DNA of 64,000 bases from Callorhinchus milii (Eukaryota): positions 1 to 64,000 of the forward strand of contig NW_024704891.1 of assembly GCF_018977255.1 (NCBI RefSeq), read 5' to 3'. Both the position numbers and the translations under genes were made by a program. Within the stretch, counting starts at the first letter, position 1; each line of letters begins with the position of its first letter. Shown one piece after another: positions 37,401 to 48,838 of the stretch. The notes below the pieces were generated by a model that ran no database searches, was not told the DNA's origin, and saw nothing but the letters and a program-made list of their open reading frames with translations.

Positions 37401-38290
37401 TCCGCACCTCAGGCGCTGACACCATCAGCATCCAAGGCTGCACTCTCCACCTCTCAAAGCCAGTCAGGAACCTCGGCGTTTTGTTCGACCCTGAGCTGTC
37501 CTTTCTCCCTCACATCCGCACTACAACTGGCACCGCCTTCCATCACCTCCGGAATATCGCCAGATTACGGCACTACCTCACCCCTCACGCCGCTGAAACC
37601 CTGGTTCACGCCTTTGTCACCTCAAGGCTGGACTATGGGAACTCTCTCCTCGCCGGCCTTCCCTCCACCTCCCTCCACAATCTGCAGGTCATTCAGAACT
37701 CTGCAGCTCGTGTACTGTCCCGCACCAGGCTTCGGGATCACATCACTCCCACCCTCACTCGCCTCCACTGGCTCCCCATCCCCCAGAGGATTGATTTCAA
37801 GATCCTCATCCTCACCTACAAGGCCATTCACGGCCTTGCTCCCTCCTACCTCTCCAACCTACTATCCCCCTACCTACCTGCCCGTACCCTCCGTTCCTCT
37901 GGCTCCGGTCTGCTCCACGTCCCCCGCCCCAACCGCCCTACTATCGGTGGTCGGGTCTTCAGCCTCTCAGCCCCCAGACTCTGGAACTCCATCCCCCAGT
38001 GCCTTCGCCTTGCTTCCTCCCTTTCCTCCTTCAAGGCCGGTCTCAAAACCTTTCTCTTTGACCGAGCCTTCAGCTCCCCTCTCGACTCTCTTCCTCCTCC
38101 TCGCTCCCTCCCTTCCCTCCCCTCACCCTGACCATTTCCCCCCTCCTCTCTCCCTCCCTTCCCTCCCCTCACCCTGACCATTTCCCCCTGCTCGGGTCAT
38201 GACCCAACTGTGCAGCGCCTTGGGACGTCCTCCTGACGTGAAAGGCGCTCTATAAATGGAATCTTGTTGTTGTTGTTGTTGTTGTTGTTT
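34481..38290 (+). mobile_element. Near full-length L2-clade LINE (APE endonuclease + RT), disrupted in the endonuclease N-terminus
   Basis: Motifs GILRR.HRG.RR, GVNLSSL, QNVRSL, RGGGVAL, LYRPP, GDFN, LDL, SDH, then RT QGSVLGP and YADD in one frame 35387-38131; 46-bp duplicated 3' UTR unit; (TTG)n tail. The 5' boundary is approximate. Confidence 0.93.
34497..34718. repeat. 88-bp GC-rich tandem repeat, about 2.5 copies, at the L2 5' end
   Basis: Units start at 34497, 34585 and 34673 and are nearly identical. Confidence 0.9.
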
Positions 38291-38560
38291 CTTCCAATAA
38301 TAATAAATAATCATTGCATTCGATATATCGCTTTTCCCGTCTTCTAAACTTCTCATCGCGCTTCACAGATTATACTGTAATGTGAATTGGCCGTATATTT
38401 GTGGGCGAAACGTAGCAGCCAATTGCGCACAGCAGTGTCCCACAAACAGTCGTTGATGGAAAATGATCTATTTATTATTGTTTTGGAGGGAATATAATAA
38501 GGCGTATGGAGTAAGGAAACATGCCCGAGACCCTTGACGGTCTTTGCCTAGGGAACTGCG
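38291..38560 (-). mobile_element. tRNA-derived SINE (reverse orientation, older copy)
   Basis: Reverse complement of the SINE tail and body directly after the L2 tail. Confidence 0.75.
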
Positions 38561-38967
38561 AAGATATTGAATCAGGATACGTCGTTCCAAGAGGAAAGCA
38601 AGTTCATTTCCACAGGCACATTGACACGCACAGATGGCAAAGAGATGTGGATCTCATTCAATTGTATTGGATAAACTGAAATACGTGTGTAACTTGCTGC
38701 AGGTGTCAGACACCCGCCTGAACGAAGACATCTCAGTGATGGAAGAGAACCAATGGAGGAACGAGATGGCAGAGCAGAGAAGATGACGTGTAATGACACA
38801 GACACAACGTTTGTACATAACCCTCAGACCTGCTCCCTCACAGTATATGTTAACTTCTGTATGTTGTTTCCTGTTTAGCCCTCCTCACCGTATCTTATAG
38901 CCTCCCAGGAACCATTCTCCAACCACACCATCAACGCTCACTCAACGCCACCTGCCATGAAATGCAT

Positions 38968-39714
38968 ATGGCATTGTTTATCTATGTGAGTGCAGTGATC
39001 ATTACCTTGTCAGGTAAGTGATGAACTCGCTCTTTCAGTCTGATGCTTGACCGTATTATCCGATTCTTATGTTTTGTAGACTAAAATAAGCAAAATCAAG
39101 CATGACTCGTAGAGTCTTGTAGCTCACCGAACAACGAATTGGCCTCGCAAATGAAAGGAACTGGGTTCGATTCCCAGTTTAGACAAAGTGAAACCTTAAA
39201 CAAGTTTCTGTACTTTACACACCTATTACTGTTTAACCACAGTAAGTAGGTGCCATTTCGTTAGTCGATTGATGGAAGGCATTTCGGGGCTAATAACCCC
39301 TTAAAAAAAACTACTACTAATAATAATGTGGTCACAAAACGTATAATCACATTTTATTCTGTGAAGTGTTTGGTGAAGTATTAACGGCGTTATAAGGCGC
39401 TGTATCAAATACAACGATAATTATTCACATTGCTGTTATTGTTTTGCTGGTTCCCAAGATTTTGTGGAGGAGACAGTGTAACACAGCTCCAATCTATTGT
39501 GACAGTGACTGAAGCGGAGGAAGTTTCTCTGCAGTGTAATTATACAAGTTCAAGCTACGGCAATGACTATCTGTTCTGGTACCGACACTATCCCAACAAA
39601 GCTCCAGAATATATTCTTAGCACAGACACCAACAACAGGATCAAGGACCAGGCCGACTTTGCAAATGAACGTTTCTCAACGAATGTTGATCAGCGGTTCC
39701 GCCCTACAAAAACT
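38968..39714 (+). pseudogene. GHCGG-family V pseudogene V13
   Basis: Leader 38968-39013; acceptor CAG mutated to CAA at 39457; about 95-bp deletion at 39686/39688 removes the FR3 end, YYC and the heptamer; nonamer ACAAAAACT 39706-39714 remains. Confidence 0.9.
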
Positions 39715-40741
39715 GCCATGTGGAGTCCTGCAGCTCAATGGTTATAGCACTCGCCTCACAAGCGACAGACGTTGGTTCAATTTCCAGCAGAACGAAACAT
39801 TGTGCAACTCTTCTTATTCCACGCACACGTCCAATGTATGTCAAATGCACCTATTATTGTTATTATTGTTATTAACTGCACTCATGTTATCATCCTAGTA
39901 ATACTTAAAAATGTCTTGCTTTCTGGGCAGCGCTGTGTACCAGCTTTAAGTAGGAAGCAGGTTGCTGATCGTTTGGCGGATTGATGTTCCATAGCTAATA
40001 TTTCCTTCGTAATAATAGTGTTAATAATAAATTTGTCACTTTATCCAATGGGACCCCGAGGTGTACAATTTGCTGCAGTGTTTCGCACTCACCTTACACA
40101 GTCAATTCGTTTACGGTATATTCTATGAAGCATTGTGTGGCGCCTCGAAGATGTGATATGATGTTTCATCAAATGCAAGTTTTATTATCATTATTATTGC
40201 TAACTGTAGTCATGTTATTAACCCAGTAACAATTAAAAATGTGTCGCTTTCTGTGGAGCGCTGCCACATGTACGTTTCTTTCTCTGCTGCTTCAGTAAGT
40301 AAGAAAACATTAAAACAATCAAGTTCCATTGATGCTGTTTACACATAAACTGTTTCCTCTATTTTCCTGTGTTTCTTCTTGTGGTTGGGGGAATGAAGAA
40401 AAAAGGTACATTACAGGCAGTCCAATTAGCAGACAAATTGGGGAGGGAAATAATTACGAAATGTTTAAGGAAATCTGGAAAACTTCCACAAAGGAGCTGA
40501 GGATGCAGATTGAGTTGGGTACATTTATTTAGTTCAGAATTGCAAGGGATGCGTTGATAGATAGATACGCCATGGTGTAATACAACGTTGGAACAGGCTC
40601 AAGCACCTGATGGTCTCATTGTATTCCTATTTAGCGCTTTCCACATAGGGGAAAGTCTTGGCGAGTCACTCAAGAAAGAAAACAATTTAGTGTATTTACG
40701 TTAAGAAGAATGAACCTAAATTTTCATTTGAAGTCTAATGT

Positions 40742-41077
40742 GGAGTCCTGTAGCTCAGTGGTTGAGCACTCGCTTTGCAAGCTAGAGACCTGAGTTCAAT
40801 TCCAGGCAGGACGAAACCTTGGGCAAGTTTCCTTACTCCACACAGAGCCTAATAATAATCCCTCCAAAAACCAAAAAAAAACAATAATAAAAATTGGTCA
40901 TTTTCAATCCATGACTGTTTGTGGGACATTGCTGTGCGCAATTGGCTGCCGCGTTCGCCCACAAATATACAGTCAATTCACTTTACAGTGTGTTCTGTGA
41001 AGCGCTTTGGGACGTCCTCCAGACGTGAAAAGCGCTAAGTCAAATGCAAGGATTATTGATTATTATTATTATTATTA
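40742..41077 (+). mobile_element. tRNA-derived SINE, young full-length copy
   Basis: A/B boxes, CCTTGGGCAAGT core, stem-loop tail, (ATT)n. Confidence 0.88.
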
Positions 41078-41090
41078 ATGAGCAAATGTT

Positions 41091-41421
41091 GAGTCCTGTA
41101 GCTCCGTGGTGAGAGCACTCGCTTATCAAGGGAGAGACACGAGTTCAATTCCAGGCAGAGGGCGAAACATTGGGAAAGTTTCCTTACTCCACACAGAGCC
41201 TAATGATAATTACTTCAAATTCAAAAACAATAATAAATTGGTCATTTTCAATCTACGACTGTTTGGGGGACATTGCTCTGCGCAATTGTTTGCCGCTTTG
41301 GGCCACAAATATACAGTCAATTCACTTTACAGTGTGTTTTGTGAAGCGCTTTGGGACGTCCTCCCGACGTGCCAAGCGCTATATCAAATGAAAGGATTAT
41401 TATTATTATTATTATTATTAT
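41091..41421 (+). mobile_element. tRNA-derived SINE, second copy in tandem
   Basis: Same structure, starting about 13 bp after the previous copy. Confidence 0.85.
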
Positions 41422-41572
41422 CTCCGTCGGTGCTGTTTTGATAAATAGGGAAATATCAAAAACAACAGGTTCCATTTTTAAAGCGCCATTTACAATAAGG
41501 AACGATAAGTTTGACCGTGAACTCCTGGCTGTCAAATGTCCCCAATTGTGCACGTGTTGCCGCTACAATCCA

Positions 41573-41683
41573 CCACCAGATGGCGAAACAAGAACAATTA
41601 TTAACATGAAATGCAACTTACATAACTTGTCAGGTTCGTTTCTGTAACTGACTTTTCAGTGGCATCTGTAACAGGTGCTTCCT
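41573..41683 (+). promoter_or_regulatory. CTCF-like core + E-box/ETS module copy 6
   Basis: CCACCAGATGGCGA 41573-41586; CAGGTG 41672-41677 + CTTCCTG. Confidence 0.6.
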
Positions 41684-42649
41684 GCTACAGTTGTTAAAGT
41701 TCCCTCGCATACACCTTTGCATATTCAACTGTAGATTACAAAGATTTGGCTAAAGCGTGGCTCTATGCTGCTCAACAAAGTCATTTAAATTTCATAATTT
41801 ACATTTTATTGTCTTTCTCCTAAATAGGCAGCCGCCCTTAAGTGGATCTCACTGCGATAGTCAAGGTGCTTGATTTTGTAACTGTAATCTGGTCATACGT
41901 TTTGGTTTAAATTGGGAAGGATTAAATCTGAACTTGATTATTTTAATTCAGGCTTTTCGGTTTGCAGCTTCCTTACTTGGATGCAATGCTAAGAAAAAAT
42001 GGACAATGATAATGATGATAATAATAATAATGATGATAATAACAATAGTTGCAGTGGTAATAATAGTATTAATAGTAATAATAATTCTTGCCTTTTTATA
42101 CAGAGCCTTGCAAGTTGCAGGAGGCAGCAAAGCTTAATATGCGCTTATGTAAAAAGAAGTGACGCACTAATTCCCCCGATAAATAAATAAAGTGATTTGA
42201 GGCTTTTATCCATGTGTTGTTGAAAAGACAGCCTTTACAGTATCCTCAATTTGAATTTCATTCCAGACTGAGAGCTCAAAATACCGACTTGGATCCTGAA
42301 GCAACAACATTTTGATACATAACAGAAAGTGCCGCCAACAGAGACAAGTTGTCATTTCAGCCTTCATGGTATTAAGTAAATACTTATTCGTTTAGGCCAG
42401 GCCGCATGTTTCCTTGATCCGTCAACGAAATCCTTGCATTCATCATGTCCAGGCTAGATTACGCCAAATGTCCGCTCATTGTATAATCTGCAACACAGTT
42501 CACAAGTTACAAACAATGCAGAAATCTGTATAGAGTGTTTTTCCCTCACATGTTTCCAACTGTCGGTGTTCCCAAGCAATATCTGCTGGCGCCGAAACGA
42601 CGGAAGCTGGAGTTCAAAAACCACAGCAATATTAAATTTGCACTGGATT

Positions 42650-43000
42650 TCAAATCTGTAAGACGTTCCAGGACGAATGGACAGTCAAAGTTTTCGGACC
42701 CGTCTGGGGGTTCGGAATCGGTGAGGGAGCAGGGCAGGAGTGCTGCCGGGTCATTGAAACTAATGTCGAAGAGAAGAGTCTTGACATTGGTCCTGAAGGA
42801 TACGAAAGAGTGTGCGAGGAGGAGGATCTGCGGATTGGTGAATGGAGTAGCGTTGCAGTTCAAGATAGTCACCCAAGCTTTACATCTATCCAAGGTCTTG
42901 TCCGTTCCTACCTCTGTTAGACCCCGGAAACCTGCAAATCTGATCCGCATACATTGCCAAGCTTGTCAACAAACAGAATTGGCTCGAAGGACGTTCAATC
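42650..43000 (-). mobile_element. Old L2 3' fragment
   Basis: Minus-strand translation ..HSFVSFRTNVKTLLFD resembles the L2 ORF2 end ([15 protein letters not shown] in the full copy). Confidence 0.45.
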
Positions 43001-43757
43001 TCACCTCAATCTCGCAGAGGTTAACCTGTGACACGTAGACTTCCCTACCACATAGTGTCGGGTACGTATACGTTAATTGTTTAGGAAATGAGGTCATAAC
43101 GATCGAGTGGCACCGACCTGAAACCTCTACCTCCCATATTACGGGCAAAAGAGCTCAACCTTTGCAGTGAATGATGGAGATTTAGAGAGTCAGTGTGTGT
43201 CTGGCTCCGACTGCCATTGTAATAGGTAATCACAATAATAAACGTTTTAATGAATTTTCTAAATCAGATTATTTGAATCAGTTTCTCTTTTTCCGATTTA
43301 TATTAACCATAATAATCTAATCATTTGTGAATTTGATATAGCGCTGCAACACGTCTGTGGGAAGCCTTAAAACGCTTCAAAAATACACCATTAAGTTTCG
43401 TGACTGTATTTTTTTTGGGTGAATCGCGACAGCCAGTTGCAACAAGCAGTGTCGCCCAAAGTCATGGATTGAATAAACACATTGTAAAAATGGCACGTAT
43501 TCCAATCGAAGGGAATATTATCCCTGGAAAGCGATATACTAATCGACTAACAAACAGGTTTCTGCTAACCGTTGGATAACCAGCGGAGTGTGCATTGAGG
43601 AAACATGCTTAATAAAAGCAATTGGCTGGTATTATTGAAACGCGGCTGAGTTGCGAATGAGGTGACGTGAGACTGTGGCTCCGCCAATGCCGACAGGCAC
43701 TGCGAGTTATCAGCAAACTGATGCTGCAGACACAACCACACAGACCAAAGAGCAGCA

Positions 43758-44752
43758 ATGAGGCTGTTTACTGTCTGTCTTGTGCTGGGAACCGTTATGC
43801 CAGGTGAGGCCGTGTTGAACTGATTCAGCGTTGCTGCCAATTGTAAGCTCCATTTCAACAGCAATTAGTAGAGGTAGACGTGCAGCGCAATAGTTAGAGC
43901 AACCGCCTCGCAAGCGAGACGTTTTTGCTTTGATTCCTCGGCAGGTAGAATCATTGGGCAAATGTCCTTACACCACGCACATGCCTCTGTTTTCCATGCT
44001 TTAAGTATGAACCCCGTTGTTTTATAATCCATGGCTAATAACCATCCAAATAACAATAACTTCTCTGTTGAAAGGTTTTTAATGGATTCGTGGATAGTAT
44101 TTCCATTGAAAGCAGTTGATCATGCTTATTAAAACACCAATTTGTTAACCCATTCCACGAATGTTTCTGAGACACTGCTGTTTGGAATTGGCTGTCGTGT
44201 TTTACGAATAAAAACTACACAGCATTTCACTTTAGAGTATATCCTGTTTAGCACATTTAAACGGCCCACCGACGCAACAATGTGTTATATAATATTGGTT
44301 GATAATTATTATTTAGTTATCAGAAATTACATGTTTGTAAAGCCTTTCCCGGCGGGAGGAATTCCCAACGCGTTGAAAAAATATCTCAGCCAAAGAGTAA
44401 ATACTATATTGTTGTACTCTTTCATGTTTATTACAGATCTCTGTGGTGGGGACTCTGTTAGTCAGAAAACTGCCAGAATGGTTAAGAAAGAAGGAGAAAC
44501 TGTGAATTTTGAGTGTATTTATTCCACGACTGACAACTCTTACTACCTTTTCTGGTATCGACATTACCCACACAAGCAGCCAGACTTCATAGTTCGGAGA
44601 TACTCTTCTGGGAATGATGATCCAGTGAAAGGTGCAGGATTTGGAAATCGCTTCTCTGCTCAAGTGCAGAAATCCAATTCTACCACCAGTTTATCCGTCT
44701 CAGAGCTGGTGGTGTCTGACAGCGCTGTGTATTACTGCGCCTTTAGTCTTAC
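43758..44752 (+). CDS. TCR V segment V14 (singleton family, delta-like or dual-use-like)
   Basis: Leader 43758-43803 (MRLFTVCLVLGTVMP); V exon 44437-44752 (CIYSTTDNSYYLFWY..DSAVYYC); RSS CACAGTG 44753-44759, 23 bp, ACAAAAACT 44783-44791; TGACGTGA at 43663-43670. Confidence 0.92.
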
Positions 44753-45448
44753 CACAGTGATAGACTGCACTGCAAGTCTCGTACAAAAACTGCCTTCGCC
44801 TTGTATAACGTTGTATGATCCGCCTCTGTTTACACAGCAGTAAGTAGGATCACGACTTTGTATCGATTGGCAGATTGCGTCTCCTTGGAATAATCCCGTC
44901 AAAAGAAAATTATGTTGTCACGCAACCGACAAGACTGCTGGGCGCAAAAGTCTACCACGTTTCGCCCAAGACCGATACACTAGATTCACTTTCCATTGTC
45001 TTTTGTGAAGCGCTTTGAGAGGCGTCGAAAATTTTGTCAGGCGGTATATCAAATATAATTATCATGATTATTTTGATTATTGATAATTTTGTGTAGAATG
45101 GCTTCGTTCTGTGACTCGTTTTCTATTTTGCTACGTTTCCCCCTAATTTGGAGTCCTGTAACATATTAGTTTGAGCGCTCGCCACACGATCGAAATGATC
45201 CTGGTTCGATTCCCGGACGGGACTGGACAGATCGAAACCTAAGGCAAGTTTTCTTGCTGCACACGCACATCTCTGGTTATTTAGCCGAAAGTAGCAACTT
45301 TGATGGCAGTGAACAGGGGGATCAATTTTGCACGGTTAATAATCCCTCGAAAAAAGTGTTGCCAAATAATGTGGTCTCCAAATTGAAGACTGTTGTTGGG
45401 TCACTTCTGTGCGCAATTCGCTTTATAAATATTATGTGAAGCGCTTTC

Positions 45449-45781
45449 GGAGTCCTGTAGCTCAGTGGTTAGAGCACTCGCTTTGCAAGCCAGATACCTG
45501 AGTTCAATTCCAGGCAGAGGGCGAAACCTTGTGCAAGTTTCCTTACTCCACACAGAGCCTAATAATAATAATCACTCAAAAACCAAAAACAATAATAAGT
45601 TGGTCACTTTCAATCTACGACTGTTTGTGGGACATTGCTGTGCGCAATTGGCTGCCGCGTTCGCCCGCAAATATACATCAATTCACTTTACAGTGTGATC
45701 TATGAAGCGCTTTGGGACGTCCTCTTGACATCAAAAGCGCTATATCAAATGCAAGGATTATAATTATTATTATTATTATTA
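45449..45781 (+). mobile_element. tRNA-derived SINE, young full-length copy inserted into an older SINE tail
   Basis: Head begins right after gtgaagcgctttc of an older copy; A/B boxes and (ATT)n present. Confidence 0.85.
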
Positions 45782-46074
45782 TACTCGCAAACAGGGCAGC
45801 AAAACAGTGCCACAGACACGGGAGTGATATCCTCATTGTCCAAATTTCTCTGACAGTGTGACCATGTGTGACGCTAAACAATTGCAAGCTTCACTGAAGG
45901 AAATCTTCCGAAAGTAAACACTGGCCCTTATTTTATCGATAATGTCGTTACCAGGAGAGATAGCAAGAGATATCAGTGGTGCAATAAAAAACTCACACCA
46001 AGTCTTTTGTCACGTGCAGTCACAGCAGGAGCGTTGTCCAACAGCGGCCATTTCCGCTTGTATGGGCGGGGTTC

Positions 46075-46150
46075 TGGGACGCCTTGGGACGTCCTCCTGA
46101 CGTGAAAGGCGCTCTCTAAATGGAAACTTGTTGTTGTTGTTGTTGTTTTG
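46075..46150 (+). mobile_element. L2 extreme 3' end
   Basis: gccttgggacgtcctcctgacgtgaaaggcgctc..aaatggaa + (TTG)n, nearly identical to 38216-38289. Confidence 0.85.
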
Positions 46151-46884
46151 TTTGAGCGGGTCTCTGAGTGTGCGGGACAGTGACTGGGTGACCTGGCTGT
46201 ATGGCAGGGTCAGCAATTGTGCGAGCTAATCTCTGTGTGGGGGGGCAGTGGATGGATGTTAGGGACAAAGTGTCGGTGGGGCAGTGACTGTGTGGGAGGG
46301 GCAGTGACTGTGTGGGCGATGCTCTGCGTGGGCGGGGCAATGGCTGGTGGGCGGAGTTATCTGTGGGCGCGGCAGTTACCGTGTGGGCGGGGCAGTGAGA
46401 GAGAGCAACTCGGTTCGATTCCGACAGTAAATTTATGAAACCTGTTGTTAGTCGATTGGCGGATCGCATTTCCAGCGGTAATAATTCAAGATAATAATAT
46501 TAATAATAAATTGGTCTTTTAATCCAATGGTCACGGTTATTTCGCCCACAAAGCATCTGGTGAATTCGTTTACCGTACATTATTTGAAGCGCTTTGAGGC
46601 GTCTCGTAGTTGCGATTTGGCACTGTATCAAATTCATGGATTATTAATATTCATATTATTAATAAAGATGAACATGTTATTGTCAAACAATTAGTTTTGA
46701 ATGCTTTGCTTTCTATATTAGCTGACCATACACTTCTTCCTCTGATTTTTTTAATAAGTAGAAAAACATTTTAAAAAATCTAATTGCATTACTTAGCGCC
46801 ATTCAAAACGCGATAATTAAGGCGGGACGGGAATAACTTGCTCTCAGTTGTCTCCAATTGCACACTTGCAGTAGTCACAATCCA

Positions 46885-46990
46885 CCAACAGATGGCGAAC
46901 CAAACACACATAACGTGAGCAACAATTAAACACGATTGTCACTTTCATTTCAGTAAATAACATCAATGGTAGCGATAACAGGTGCTTCCT
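46885..46990 (+). promoter_or_regulatory. CTCF-like core + E-box/ETS module copy 7
   Basis: CCAACAGATGGCGA 46885-46898; CAGGTG 46979-46984 + CTTCCTG. Confidence 0.55.
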
Positions 46991-48022
46991 GTTACAAATT
47001 GACATTGTTCCCCTCATACACACTATTGTACAAGGGTTTGTCTAAACTGTGATTAACACAAGGCTTAGTTCGATCAATAAGCAATTTCTATGTCACTTTG
47101 TTGCCTTTCTCTCAAATGAGTGGATCTCACTGCAGCAACTTGTTAGATTTGGTTAAGGGCCACATGGTCATTTGTTATGGTTTACTTTGGAAAGGAGATT
47201 AAAATGGACCGCATCTAAATTAAATTGGGGACCGATGGATCATGTTATATAGTCGATTCCTGCCTTGAGCACCATTTGAAACATGACTGTACAAAAATAA
47301 TAAAAATAATAATATTTGCAATTGATATAGCTCCGTTTATTTTGGAGGTGGTAGCGAAGAGTTTAGTGCGCTCATGTGACAAGTTATTGTAGGCAATAAC
47401 AATAGACAATAGGCGCACATTGATATCCCCACATATATTAGGTGACTGATAGCTTTCATCTCGGGGTTATTGACAAAACAGCCCTCACAAACTTCTAAAT
47501 TTGAATTTAGGCATAGACTATCAGCTCAAAGTGCAAACGTGTGTCCTGAACCAACAACATTTTGACATATTAGAGAAAATATCACAAACAGAGGCAGGAT
47601 GTCACATCAGCATTGATGTTGGAAAGTAAATCTTTATTCTTTGAGATTAGGCTGCCTGATTCCACGATTCATCAACCAAATAAATGCATTCACAAAAATA
47701 AAAATAATGCTTTCATTTGTTGTAGCGCCTGATCACTTCTTTCAGACGTCTCAAAGAGCTTCACAGAATATACTGTAAATTAGTAAATTGCTGAGGGGGG
47801 AGAGCGAGACTGTGTTCTCCTCCTAGCCCTGTCCCACTGGCTCCTAATCCACGGCAGAACAACTTGAAGATCCTCTGGTTAGTGGGAAAAGCCTACAATT
47901 GGAGGTAATAAACCACTGAACACGTCAGAACAGCCGCTGCCTCACAACTTGTCACTGAATCAGCAACACAGCGATATACAAAGGAAGAGATCACATTATC
48001 TGTCCACACCTCAGCAGCCAAC

Positions 48023-48838
48023 ATGACAGCTCTCTGCGAGATACTGATAGCAATCCTCACCATAGCTAGTAAGTAAGTGTGGACGTGCCCAGCGCATGAA
48101 CTTTACATTATATAATATCAGATGCTTAATGTTTAGAGCACTCATCTCTTAAGCGAGAGAACCTGTGTTCGATTCTCGGGCAGTAGAAACTTTAAGCAAG
48201 TGTCACGCCTCTGTTTTCAATGGGAACCCGATTGTTAGTCGATTCGCGGATCGCTATCCGAGGGTAATAAGCCATTTTAAAAAATCATTGAACAATAATT
48301 TGATCATTCAATTTATGATTTGCTGTTGATGTTACTGGACAATACTGCGTTTACTTAGCTGTTCAGTTTCATCTAAAATATTTAGTCAACTAAGTTATAA
48401 AAAGGAATAATTATTATTTATTTATAAAAAGGAATAATTATTATTTAGTTATAAAAAGGAATAACTATTATCACTATAATTCATTGAAATGATCACTGGG
48501 CGTTGCTCAGCATAATGTGTTGGTTTTGCTGTATTTGCAGAAGTCGGCGGACAAAATATTGTATCCCAATATCCTCCGGAGATAACAGATTTTGAAGGAA
48601 AAGACGTGACACTTAAATGTAATATTTCAAGATTGGACACTGCCTTCTGGTACAGGCAATGTCCCGATGGAAACCTTCATTACTTGTTCAAGATATATAC
48701 CTCTGGAAAAGTAGACAAATCTCCTGATCTACCTGAACGTTTCACTGCCGAGCTGATCAAGGAGAATAAAGTAATTAAGCTGCAGATACTCAGAGCTGTT
48801 GTGGGTGACAGCGCTGTGTACTACTGTGCCCAGGAGCC
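48023..48838 (+). CDS. TRAV: TCR V segment V15 (MTAL family, mosaic-looking)
   Basis: Leader 48023-48068; V exon 48541-48838; RSS CACACTG 48839-48845, 23 bp, ACAAAAACT 48869-48877. Confidence 0.92.
48395..48468. repeat. 27-bp tandem repeat (about 2.7 copies) in the V15 intron
   Basis: TTATAAAAAGGAATAA units at 48395, 48422 and 48449. Confidence 0.85.

Noticed and set aside
35210-38356. Antisense and alternate-frame Pro/Ser/Gly-rich ORFs over the L2
   Set aside because: By-products of the C-rich L2 coding strand with few stops.
39680-39714. V13 deletion as a germline RAG-mediated event
   Set aside because: The breakpoint is inside the spacer and inside FR3, not at the coding-end/heptamer border, and no J or signal joint is present.
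42535-43038. 167-aa + strand ORF as a novel gene
   Set aside because: No recognisable domain; the opposite strand resembles a decayed L2 C-terminus.
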